A DNA stretch of 64,000 nucleotides from Penicillus capitatus (lineage: Eukaryota > Plantae > Chlorophyta). The position numbers were made by a program, and so were the translations under genes. This document shows, one piece after another, positions 13,065-25,023 of this stretch. The stretch covers positions 186,001-250,000 of the forward strand of contig OZ287710.1 in the NCBI GenBank assembly GCA_965649825.1, given 5' to 3'. Every line of letters begins with the position of its first letter. Position 1 is the first letter of the stretch. The notes below the pieces were generated by a model. That model searched no databases, was not told the DNA's origin, and was given only the letters and a program-made list of their open reading frames with translations.

Positions 13065-13918
13065 ATGCCTCGGAGGGTCACATCAGATCCATGCCGAAAT
13101 CTTGAATATGCAACGCCGAATTTGCGACGCCCATTCCAAAGTGAGAGATGCCGTCGCTGTCGGAAGAGTCAAAGAAGCAATGGAAACAATGATCTCATGC
13201 AGATCGACTCGGGAACTGGAGGACATTCATCCACATCACACGCGAAGAGATCCGAAAAAGTGTGAGAAATGAGTGAGAGAGAACGGGTAGCGAATCGAGT
13301 TCATGTAGAGAATACCATGGGAGATGCGCCCAGCAGAGAGATTAAGTATGAACAGGTCTGCCATGCGCCACGAAGAAAAGAGTGACATGTTGTCTCACAC
13401 AACAGGGCACGAAAACGGGAATCGACGGATCTGACGATGTGGAATCATTATAACAATCTCCACCATCTCCAACGACGCATCGATGCCCAATCGACCTACA
13501 CCGAACGCAAGAAGAACGTCTACGATCCGTCGATCTACCCAACGGTCATCCACCGAAGATCTGTGCGCACGCCGTTGCTGCCATACCGCTCGTCCTCCCG
13601 TTTAACATTGCCAGATTCGCGCAGTCCATCACGTACGCATCGACGAATCGGACTCTTGACTGGATACGGGTGTTACAGGAGGGCGATCAAGGTTGGCAAA
13701 GGCATTGACAGGAAGAGAGATCCAATTTGTGTGTCTGCAGTTCCGCTGTGTTTCGTCTGTACAGAGATTCGATTCTGAAGACGATCGCTTCAGAAAAGGA
13801 TCCGACAGAGCAGAGAGTGAAACAGATATTCCACACCTATCTGCTGGAAACGCCACAGGAACACCGACAGGAGCTCTTCAAAGTCATCGATTACATTTCT
13901 TCGCAACTAGACATATGA
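13065..13918 (+). CDS. Probable SPATA7-like ciliary protein, about 6 exons; last junction uncertain
   Basis: In-phase GT-AG introns 13141-13202, 13260-13308 and 13346-13405 link exons. TMWNHYNNLHHLQRRID and the C-terminal helical block YRDSILKTI...RVKQIFHTYL...ELFKVIDYISSQLDI resemble the two conserved SPATA7 blocks as I remember them. Confidence 0.5.
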
Positions 13919-13932
13919 AATGCCGATGTTCA

Positions 13933-16495
13933 TCATGCCGAACAGGGCTTCAGCATTTCGATCAAATTCAGCAATTTATCCAATTCTTCTCGCGATTGCA
14001 ATTCCTGTTCCACGTCTTTCTGCTGTGCACTGCCGCCGCATTCCACGTCCAGGTAGTCCGTCAATGTCGCCACCAGTTGCTTCAATTTGACAAGATAGTC
14101 GGAACGGCACTTGAGAATGTGCTGCTCAAAGTTATTGCTTTTCATTGCGGCTTCCATCTTTGCCGTCAGAATGCGGCGGCGTTCGGCAGACACTTCAGAT
14201 GGCTTTGTCGAATCGTGTCCACCTGTGCCGTACGGAAGCCAGCCCAATCTCTCCAGGCTTAACGTCGAGGTAATGAACTTTGCATACCTCAACGAATCGG
14301 CAATCACCTGACCCAGTTCTTTGACACACTTCACCTTTCTCAGTAGACTCTGATAGAGCACCTAACGAACAAACACCACATCTTCACCACCTGATAGCGT
14401 TAAGGAAGGTATTGGATGACCTTCTCGATGAAGCTCTGGTGGATATCGATGACGCCATCGACATCCTTTGCTCGAAACAGAGCAGCTTCCATCGCTAACC
14501 ATCTCGGTTCAACAGTGTGAACCGTCACATGACGCAGGTACTGTTGAACGGTGTGCTGCATCTGGTAGCACGTGGCCTGGGCAACTCTCAGCAAGCCATC
14601 AAATTTTCTGAACACATCGAAAACTGCATTCTCTGTAAGGAAGAGAAGGGACTGCACTTGTCTGCGATGTTTCTGGTGCACTGCAGTGCTTTCCATGCTT
14701 TGCTCAACTCATATTCCGTTCTCTTCAGTGTAAAGAGCTGCTTAAAGACCAGCTGATACATCTGCAGGAGCTTTGTCGGAATGATGAGCATCATTGGCCA
14801 TTCAATTCGGTAAAGGATCATAAAAATATCCCATCCTGTGATCTCTTCTGCCAAGTAAGACGCTCTCTGACTTCCTGCCGATTCACCACTCCGTACAGAA
14901 AACCCAATGCTCTGCCTTGAGCTGCGAATGGATGCCCTGACTGCTGCCTGAGGCTGACGGAGACAGACAGAGAGATCGACGAATGAACGGTGATCGAGTT
15001 CGACTTGAAGAGGCTCTGTGTTAATCTCTGCCGGCAGAGAGGAGGTCTTGACAGCCAACTCCAACAGAGACTGCATACGATTGACAGCGACTTGACTGGC
15101 GACCTTTTCCAGCTCTTCTTCAGCGATATCCATCAAATGGCCGATCATGTCTCCCTTGTCCATCAGGAAGAAATGTTTTAAACTTCTGAGCCATTCGATC
15201 AGTTTCATGTCTTTCATGAAGAGATCAAGAAAAGCTTGACTGGCAATTCTGTGTGCTTTCTGAATGAGACGAAGATAGGAACAGGAGACATCGAAGACCA
15301 GACGCTCGTTCAATGCAAACGGCCGTTCCACATGTCGTCCACATTCCCGTATCGCATTCAGATATTTGCCGCTCGTTAGGATGAGATTGGCGTGTTGTTT
15401 CAGGAAGCTCGGAACGCAGTGGACGGCCACGATATCATCATCCACAGAAAGGTATGTCTTTCGAATCTGATAGCGCTGCTGCCAGTAAGCAGACTGCAAA
15501 TTGGGCGTCGTCATGGTGGTCTCGATCGTTGGATCTTCTTCGATCATGAACTCGCCATACGGATCCTGAATGGCTCCATCGCACAACCACTTCTCCAGCA
15601 TTTCGAAGTAGGGGACAGATCCAGCTTCCAAGAGCTTCTGCAAGAGAGCCTGGGCGTTCTGCGATCCAGACATCTGCTGCATCTTGGCATGCAAGAGATT
15701 GAGCAGCTCTGTTCCTTGCAGCTCCTGAGCGGCTGTTTGTCGACAGATCTCGGCCAAGATGATCATGACTGCCATGGCAGGCTGAATGTAAAACCATAAG
15801 GTCTGCAGTGTGAGCTTGTTGCTGCGGAGTTGCGACTCCAGTTGTGTCACCAGCAGCATCCAATCATCCAGGATGCCTCGCATTGCAGCAGCCACGGCAT
15901 GACACACCGTTCCGTATTCAATTCCTGACCGCATCTCCACAAATCGCTGCACAACGAAGACAGCTTCGCACAGTGGCAGCATACGTTGCAGCAATGCCTG
16001 CGAGCTGCCATCCAAAATCGCATTCCATTCAAAACGCAGCTCCTGATGATGGTCTCGATGCTTTGTAAAGACAGGATGCAGAAACTGACCTCCAAATCCC
16101 ATAAAGACATACAACAGATCGTCCATCAACTCAGAGGCTTCGACAGGACGAGCAGGGGGTAACGGTGTCGGATTCTTCCATACATGCTGTCCTGTCAGAT
16201 AAGGCCGAGTGCGATTCCATTCTGGATAGGCTCCGATGGCGAAGGGCAGCTCAGGGAGTTGCGTTGAACGATCAAACAGATCACAGAGCGGTGTTGTTTC
16301 GTCTTCCTTGGCGAGTTTAAAGTCCGCAAAAGAGTGAGAAGCGGTGAGGTCATAGAATTTGATATGGACGCCGATGCCATTCTCGTCAAGGGTCGTTACC
16401 GTGGAGGCGCTGCGTTCGTTTAGCGATCCCGCGTGCTGGTTCGTTACGCCGATCGGTTTGGCTGGACAACTTCCGCGGCCTCGGAGTTTCTTCAT
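13933..16495 (-). CDS. GCP2: Gamma-tubulin complex component 2 (Spc97/GCP2)
   Basis: DDLLYVFMGFGG, LTLQTLWFYIQP, QDPYGEFMI, YWQQRY, SGKYLNAIRECG, LRSLKHFFLMDKGD; TGTAA about 40 nt after the stop. Confidence 0.92.
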
Positions 16496-16551
16496 TTCTT
16501 CAAGGAGAAGAGAAAAACGCGTGCATTTAAAAGTCGATCGCCAAAATCCGT

Positions 16552-18237
16552 TCAAATCAATTTCATGACGTCCCGCGCCGCTTTGATGGTGGCCTGAATG
16601 TCGTCATCTGTATGGGCCAGTGATGTAAATCCGGCCTCGTATTGACTGGGTGCCAAATAGATGCCGCGCTCCAGCATTCCTCGATGCCAACGGGCGAATT
16701 TCTCGGTGTCTGCCTGGGCAGAGGCATCTTGGAAACAGGTGATGGGTCCCTTGGCAAAGAAGAAACCGAACATGGCACCCACACATCCACCTGTCACATC
16801 ATGTCCTGCTGCTTTGCCGGCTTCAAGGATTCCGTCAAGAAGTGTCTGCGTCGTGCGGGTCAGTTGTTCATAAACGCCATCTCCATTCAGGATCTCTAAC
16901 GTCTTGATTCCAGCTACCATAGCTAATGGATTGCCAGATAGTGTTCCGGCCTGAAAGAGTGACCTCTCAATGAAGAGCAGTTGCTGAGAGAGTGTGTACT
17001 TGGTACATGGGACCTGCCGGAGACACAAGCTCCATGATCTCTCTTCGTCCTCCGTAGGCCCCGACGGGTAAACCTCCTCCAATCACTTTCCCCATGGTTG
17101 TGAGATCTGGAGTGACGTTGTAGTACTCCTGTGCACCTCCCTAGCATCTCACTTCTGTCTTATTCTTTTTGAAGTGCGTAGAGAAGGTGCTGGAGACCTT
17201 GGCCACTCGGAAACCTGTCATGACTTCGTCAAAGCAGAGCAACGCGCCTTCTTCTGTGCACAGTTTACGCAATCCCTGAGCCACACACTCGTAGGAATAC
17301 TCTCACACAAGCGACAGCATGTGGTGCACTTTGAGGAATTCGATGGACGGAGCAATGAATCCTGAATTCCCGACGACCGGTTCCAAGATTACACCGGCCA
17401 CCTCATCTTTATTCGCCTCGAATACAGCTCTCACAGAATCCAGATCATTAAACGTAGCGGTCAGTGTATTCTGCGTTGCTCCGGGAGGAACGCCTGGCGA
17501 ATCTGGCAGCCCCAATGTGGCAACACCCGATCCCGCCTGAACCAGAAACGAATCGGCATGTCCATGATAACACCCGACAAATTTGATGAGCTTGTTTCGT
17601 TGCGTAAAGGCACGCATCAATCTCAGAACGGAGAGACACGCCTCCGTTCCAGAATTGACCATCCGCACCATCTCCACCGAAGGAATGCGTTCGATGACCA
17701 TCTCGGCTAATGTGTTCTGTCATCCCACGGGGTCAGTACGGAAGGAGAGATGGCGATGGGACCTCGTGGATACAGGGTGCGCCAAAACTGGTCCCTTTTT
17801 CGATCTGCTCCTTCAGAGCGGCATTTACTTCGGGATGGGCATGACCCACAATGGCAGGACCCCATGTGCCCACGTAGTCAATAAAGGCATTGCCGTCGAC
17901 ATCGTACACGTGACTGCCATTCACTCGGTCGAAGACAATCGGCTCACCACCGACCGATTTGAAAGCACGGACGGGCGAATTCACGCCGCCCGGCATCAGA
18001 TCCTTCGCTCGAGAAAAGACCTGCAGGCGTGGGTGAGCGAAGGGAGAGCATTCAGCCACACCATGCCTCTTCTGATTTCTCGGTTTTGAGCGTCGTCTGC
18101 TGTGAACTGGCATGTAGACGCATTGGCCGTGACACTGCCGTGCGTCTCCTTGCCGAAAAGATATCGCTGGTCGTTTGCCGACAGCTATGGATCTTCATTT
18201 CGCACAACTTCGATACAACAGGATCCACAGTGCGCAT
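16552..18237 (-). CDS. GSA: Glutamate-1-semialdehyde 2,1-aminomutase, chloroplast (HemL)
   Basis: [39 protein letters not shown]-site [29 protein letters not shown]; N-terminal transit peptide. Start at 18237 or 18198. Confidence 0.97.
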
Positions 18238-18434
18238 TCCGATAGAGACGACGTTGATCCAGATCGCTAATGATCACCATCGAATACACAAAGATCCATT
18301 TCGTGTTGAACAGTACACAGTCGTCTATCCAATGTAATCATAATAGGAGAAATACATGGACCGCAGAATTCAACCTACAGGGATCCAAGGGGCATAACTT
18401 TAATACTGGAGTAGTTTTTTCTGTGTGACCATTT

Positions 18435-21384
18435 CTAAACAATTGGTGGTCGATTTGGAGTAGAACTTGCAGCAACAGGGATATTTGCGTCATTACTTCC
18501 GAATCCGTCGTGCAAGTATGCAACATTTCCTTCTTCCGTCTCTTCTTGTATTTCAGATGTCCCCTCAGCCATGGTCGTCTGTACAACAGCATAAACCGTT
18601 GTTGGTGTATTCGGGGGAGATCCATCTGGTGGTGTGACTGGTACTCTCTTTTGCTGACTTTCTCGGAGTCGAGCAACAATAACCGCAAAAGGATGTCGTT
18701 CTCCTGTGCTAGCATTTTCGAGAAAAGCATGCTGCATGAGCACGGTGGACATGAAAGATTTGTGCCCCAGATCGTTTTGCTGGAGTATAGGAAAGAGATT
18801 CCTATCTAATCGATTCAGACAAGCAATAGTGGTTATCAACACCCAGAAAAGGCGCATAAGGGCGAAGAAAACGCCAAGAACTAAATGAACAGCAGTGTAG
18901 ACAAGCAGAAAGAGAAGAAAACAGAGTTCGTGATAGATGTGATATTTCTGTACGAGAATGCCCTCGGCGATCACCATTTGAGCGAGTGGTCCATTCAGCA
19001 GCCATGTGATGAGGAAAGCAATGAGAAATGCCAGAAAAGGACGCAAGATGACGAACACACGATGTTCAAAAATACTGACGATGAGGGACAGCAAGAGAGA
19101 GACGAATCCACCGAAAAGGACGAGCTGAATGACAGCTGTGCTTACTAAAATGCCAAAAAAGAATACAGAAGCGCCCATGGGATAACGGACGATGAGTTTC
19201 TTCCAGTTCCTCTCCGTCACAATATCTTCAACGCGATGAATGTTTGCCTCGGTTTCATTCTGTGGCTTAATAACGAGGTCCTCTGGCAGGTCCAGATTCT
19301 CAAAGAACCCACTGCGAATCGCGAGGGAGATCCTCTTGTACTGGGCTAGGACAGAGAGCAGTGAGTACATGCCGACAACGATGCCAGCCATAAGACCGAC
19401 CCAAATCGACCATCGTAGATGACGCAGTAGCTGATCGACCACATAGATGCTTCGTCCAATTGCCTGATCGCGGAAGACATCCGTTGGTGTTTTGGTTTCG
19501 TTGAGTGACGCATTCATGCTTCGTTCCAGTCGATTGATCAACAGGAGCGTCATGCAGGAGTTATCCGAGTGAGTTTCTGATGAGCAGCGAAAGTAACGCG
19601 AATCATGGAGAAGTTCCGTTTCAGGCGTCTCCCTTTCTCCAGCTGTCGGTGGGTTCATGTCGGGGTCGGCTGTTTGATTTCCCGGTTGATCGAGTGGCTG
19701 TTGTGTACCGAATGTGGCGGTGATATCTTCGAAGATCGCTGCGTCAAAATCCGCTCCTATACTGGAAGTGTCCACAGAACATGCTGCGTTCGTCAGTTCA
19801 GTTTCATCGCGTGCATTGAAAGCTTGGCCTGCGTTTGATGAAGCCTCTGTGAATCCTGCCAGTCGGAAGACAAAATTGCCAAGCTCGCCGTTGTTTTCGA
19901 TCGTCCAGACGGCGCAGTTGCGTCGTGGTATGTACATTTCGTCGATGAATTTGGAGGTGTAGGAGGCTATACCTACTCCAAAGTACAGCAGAAGGACAAA
20001 GGCGGTGCACATGGCAGCCAGGACCCAAGAGGAATGATGGAACTTGTCGTCTTCGCGAATGCCGGCATAGAGTTCGTCCACACCAGCGCGGAACTTCTCA
20101 CCAAAGTCTCGCCAGTACTGAACAGTACCACGAAAAGACTGTGTCATTTGTTGCATGGTCCGTTCTTTCATGCCAGGGTCCTCTTCGTTTTCTGCAGCAT
20201 TCCGGCTATAATGCATATCTGTTCTCTTAGGTGGATTCCAGATACCCTGCATCACACAGAACATGGCGTCTGGCCTGAACAGAACAGAAAACGGACCCAT
20301 GTCAAATAGGATATCATTCGTTTCCAGGTCTGAAAGACACGAGATTGTTCTATGCTGTCAAATATGTCTAGGAAGGAATCAGAGATGTCTTCGGTGATCG
20401 TCTTTTGGGACGCCACGCCTTCTAGAAGATTGTCCAATAGCCAACGAAGGCCACAGACGATGGCATTTGTTCCGCTCGATGTTTTCTGCAACAGCCAAGT
20501 GAACATTGCCCGAATAGAGCTGGCAATCTGCAGATATGACAGAAAATATCACAAAGGCTTATAAAAAACAAGGCATACGCGCGATCGCATGGTTGGCTGC
20601 GACCCGGGCCCTCCGTTCGAACCTTCAGTGGGCGTCTTTTGAGCATTGGGTGCGAATTCTTTGCGAATGTTGGACCATATTCTCCGTCTCTTTTGCTTTT
20701 TCTCATTTTTTTCCTCATTTTCTATCAGTTTTTTGTAGCTGGTGTTGCATGCCTCCAGGAAAAAGAAATCCATGGCCACTGTTGATAGGAACAGGATGCT
20801 GAACAAAAGGTAATGTGAGAATCCACTCTCATACTTATCGTGCTCGTCGTCCCTGTCGTTATACTTTAGCTGTGATGTGACCATGATAATGACCACCAAG
20901 AAATTGGCGACAACGGCACTGATGAAAGAGAGTGTCAGCCACAGTCGGTGACGGTTTAGCTGCTCTTCATCAAATTTATAGACATTGATGCTTAACAGCA
21001 TGAAGCTGTATGCTCCTATAAAGAGACACAGCAAGAGAAGCACCAGTGCTCGCACAATCTGGCGTCCAGCAGCTGACAGTGAATGCAAAGCGACAGTTTG
21101 TTCCAAGAGGACCTCGTCATCTTTATCCGTCTCTAAGAATCCAACATCAAAGTAAACCGTGGCAATCTGTCGTCCGCTTCTCAGCAAGGGCACAGCACGG
21201 AGGAAGCATTACGCACCGTAAATGCCAGCGTCGTCAGCACAGTGAGTGTGTAGGCGCGCGACTCCCCATCAAGAGAAGCGAGTTTTTGCCAGCCACGTTC
21301 TCGAAGTGTCGGGGCAGTCCTAAGCTGCGAATCCGAGGGCTTGTGGTGCGAGGAAGATGTCGCTTCGCTGTCATTGGTAGGCAT
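18435..21384 (-). CDS. ~900-aa multi-pass membrane protein, STRA6/RBP-receptor-family-like
   Basis: Exons join in frame: LAFT|IATVY, TMRSR|IASSI, YLTW|GIWNP. The C-terminal TM bundle and LNRLDRNLFP...NDLGHKSF...HP are colinear with human STRA6 as I recall it. Confidence 0.7.
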
Positions 21385-21670
21385 TGTTATGAAATACGTG
21401 TATCAGTGTCGGCGTGTGCGTTTGTGCAGCTGAAGGGAGAAATGAAATTGACGAGCATCATGTCGCCGGCACTGTAGAAAAGTGGCGCGTTACAGCAGTA
21501 TCCTGCTCAACTACTAAATCTGCTCGCCGTTAACGCGGCTGGCGTCCAACGTTCGTTCGTTGAAAGCGCTCGTGCAGTTAACGGTTTCCTGGAAGCATCA
21601 CTGGTCGCGAACTACACTTGAGGTGAAGCGGAAGCTTCGCAGCGACGGTTAGTTGAGCTCGCGCCCTGGC

Positions 21671-21677
21671 TATATAA
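21671..21677 (+). promoter_or_regulatory. TATA box (TATATAA) in the divergent STRA6-like/kinase intergenic region
   Basis: Consensus TATA about 115 nt upstream of the kinase ATG, in GC-rich flanking sequence. Confidence 0.55.
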
Positions 21678-21791
21678 GCCCTTTCGCTGTTCTGTCGACA
21701 GGAAAAGCGAACTCCGGCATTTCAGCAGTGTAACGTGGAGTCGGCGAAGAAACGGCTATAGCGACGGACCCTTTGTAGCACTATCGACGAT

Positions 21792-23502
21792 ATGGGAATG
21801 TGCCACAGCCGATGTTTAAGCGGCACCGATGTGATGACCAGCGCCGGATTAGGTCTTCCCAAAGAGTTTACCGTCATACGGGAATTGGGCTACGGTCAGG
21901 AAGGGAAGACATATCTTGTACAAGAAAAAACGTCAAAGGGGTAAGCCCATCCATCGTACCCTAGCATCTTAACTCTTACGTTGCGGACATGGCAGAACGA
22001 TGAAATTTGCACTAAAAGCTATTCCGCGAGGCAATTTACTGCACCCAGAATTCGTTCTACGTGGACTCCGAAATCAAAGGTATGGGTCAGAGACGACAGC
22101 TGAACCATCAAGATGATGGAACATCTGTGCTGCAGCTGTCTGTGTTTTGTCCACGTGGTGAAATTTTTGGAAGTGCTGTTGACACCGTCACATCTGATCA
22201 TCAAATTTGAATACGTCGACGGCGGGAACTTGTTCCGTAAGCATCACCTCCAGTCAAAGAACACAACGCAGACATTTGTGTGTGCAGAATATGTATGCCG
22301 ACAACCCAGTGTCGGCAGACATCAATTAATGGATGAGGAACACGCACGCTTCCTCTTTATTCAGATAGTCTACGCGCTGCATCATTGTCATGAACACCGT
22401 GTTGCACATAGAGATATTAAATTCGCAAATATCCTGTGCACAAGATCGAGGAATCCAATCATCAAGGTACGCACACACACACATCTGATGAAACAGAGGC
22501 CATACGGGAGGCATGGTGCTTGGTGTCCGCAGATTTGTGACTTCGGATTATCGAAGGGATGGGTGAATCCTCAGGATGCTATTTCGTTCTCTTCAGTGGG
22601 TTCACTGATGTTTATGTCCCCTGAAGTAGTGAGCGCACGCCACGCTACTGGAAAGAGAAAGCCCTATGATTTGTGTAAATCGGATGTATGGGGACTGGGC
22701 ATCATCCTTTTCACGATGCTCTTTGGCCGCTTCCCCTTTCTGAACTCGGGCTCTGTTGAATCCCGTGTCTCACGAGCCCATTTGCTGACAGGAAGCACAT
22801 CGACATTCTCTTTCCTTCTCAGGAGAATGGAAGTGGCACACCGCTCCGATCCACTAAGATTGACGAATGAGATTAGCCAGTCCGATCTGTCACCTGCCGT
22901 CAAGAAATTGTTATTGTCGATGCTCAATATCGATGAAAAACATGTAAGAAGTTCGATGCTTTGGTCGAGAAGGCAACTCATAGACATGTGTGTTCGTTAG
23001 AGAATCGGACTCGATCAGTTGATTGAGAATCCGTGGGTCAAAATTGGCTTGAGTCGCCAGCGTGCACGTGTGATTGCCAAAGTCCGATGGCCAGAGTATC
23101 TCCCATCCCCTCTCCTCTGTCATATCCATATGTTCTCCGAACAGGGAGCCGTCAGCAAGGAGCACAACCTATACGCCTGATGAAATTATGCCACCCCGAA
23201 GGAGAGATTCCAGGGTAAAAACAGGCATCACGTACATGCACGGTGAACTCATTCGCGGATCGCCGGCCGACAACGAGCTCGAGGAAATCGTGCATCGTGC
23301 GGCGCATCTTGGTGATCCGGATGATGACCTGGTAAGATGGTTGCCGCCTGGTGTCCGGCTCAGACGTAAGATATCAGCTGAAGAAAAAGCAAGTCTGGAA
23401 GCACAAGGCATACGTCTCTGTACCAAATGTCAGGAGGATCCAGAGGACAAGTACCATAACGAGTTTGGGAGTATTCGAATCATGCCACCCCACCACTACT
23501 AG
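21792..23502 (+). CDS. SnRK2-like/CAMK-group Ser/Thr kinase with MGxC lipidation-type N-terminus, multi-exon
   Basis: MGMCHSRC; Gly-loop LGYGQEGKTYLV; FALK; VVKFLEVLLTPSHL; HRDIKFAN; ICDFGLSK; SPEV; SDVWGLG. Introns 21941-21995, 22080-22135, 22237-22287, 22467-22532. Confidence 0.9.
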
Positions 23503-25023
23503 CATGCAAACTCAGACTTGTTTTTTCTTTTGACCTCAGTATCTGGCGGGATCAGGGTCGAGGGTTTCTTTGACACATGATAAATAGAAGTATCTTCAGA
23601 ATGCTTTGCCATATCTTTCTCCGTGTACCTCCCTTTTCAATTCAAACAGTGGATTAACGTCCATTGCAGGAGACATGAGCTACGCCAACGATCATGTAGC
23701 TCATGGCCGATTTAGTCTCCTCAATGGCGGCCTTTGAATATGGTTCAGTCGAGACGAATCATGGCTAAGTGAATTGCGATACGTTGTCGTTATTTGAAGC
23801 TTTGACATTGTACTCGTCATTCGCTTAACATGTTGTTCGTTTTTATTTTTTTGTTGGGGCAGAGGAAGAGAAACATGTCTGATTTGAGTTTCTCTGGCGC
23901 TGTCATGCTGATGATGAATTTGAATGGATGTCAGATTGCATATCCTGTTCTTCCTTTGCCAATGTTGTCTGGAATCGCATGCGTTGCAGGCCAACGATGT
24001 CCTGTTGTGCCATGCCATTGCGGACACGCGCTCATGCATTGGATATGCAGTAGGGCGGTCTCTGTTGACAAGCCTTGGTTTTCACATTGTTTGTCTCGTC
24101 TTGTTTGCTTATCTTTGTCTTTCCACGATCTGCGAACCACTTTTGAAATTGAGTTTGTAGACAAACCGTGTTCCAAAAGCGTTCTGATACTCTGTAGACA
24201 TCTGTGATGCACACTCTCTTTCTCCAAATTAACTTCGACTCTGTCTCGCATACTGTGGGGGAGCTGACTAGTAAAGACTTAACCTGGCGATGCTGGCATC
24301 TTGATCTTGGCACGACCCTATACTCATGGGTTCCTACAGATATCGTACTTCTGAAGTGTCCTTCGGCACTCAGGGGTATCTGACCCAACAAGTTACTTTT
24401 TGTCAATTGGTTTTCCTTAAACTACATACCAAATGATCGTAGGTGGAGGTCTGATGTCTGACAACAACATTCCTCTTGTTAGTAACAGTTTTATTACTTT
24501 ACTACAGAATACACGTGTACCACTTTGACGTTGACTCCATTTCATGCGTTTTTTACTAGTTCCTTAAGCTTATGTGTTTTGTGTGAAAGAAGAAGGACTA
24601 ATAAGGAAGAGGCTGATACCTTAATGCGTTTCGTTCATGTTCAGACTGAGTGTGTGTGGTTTCGTGTAAAACAATGACGGACGAGTCTATGAAGCTGCAA
24701 GAGAGAAAGATATCATCAATGTCTTAATTCTGTTTCGTCAATGCCCTTGTTCACTATTCTGTGTACACATCCTCGATGGTCAGGATCATTGATGTTTCTC
24801 CTGTCGCCAAACTGTAGTGTCAGTTTTGACAGTGTGGGAGGGGCAATCAATCAAGCGCTAATATTATAGATTAGAAGTGGTCACGTGGTTACTCTACGGA
24901 AGGATCCAGTTATAGTGACTCAACGTCTTTACTCCATTTTACATTCATCTCAATCACTTATTCATTCGTACATCAGGGTGTGTCTCTGACAAGGGTATCA
25001 TCAAACCGTTCGTTCGTTCGTTC

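Noticed and set aside
21480-21780. Small GC-rich hairpins near the TATA box as an ncRNA/tRNA
   Set aside because: No cloverleaf, A/B boxes or snRNA motifs; best explained as promoter or 5' UTR.
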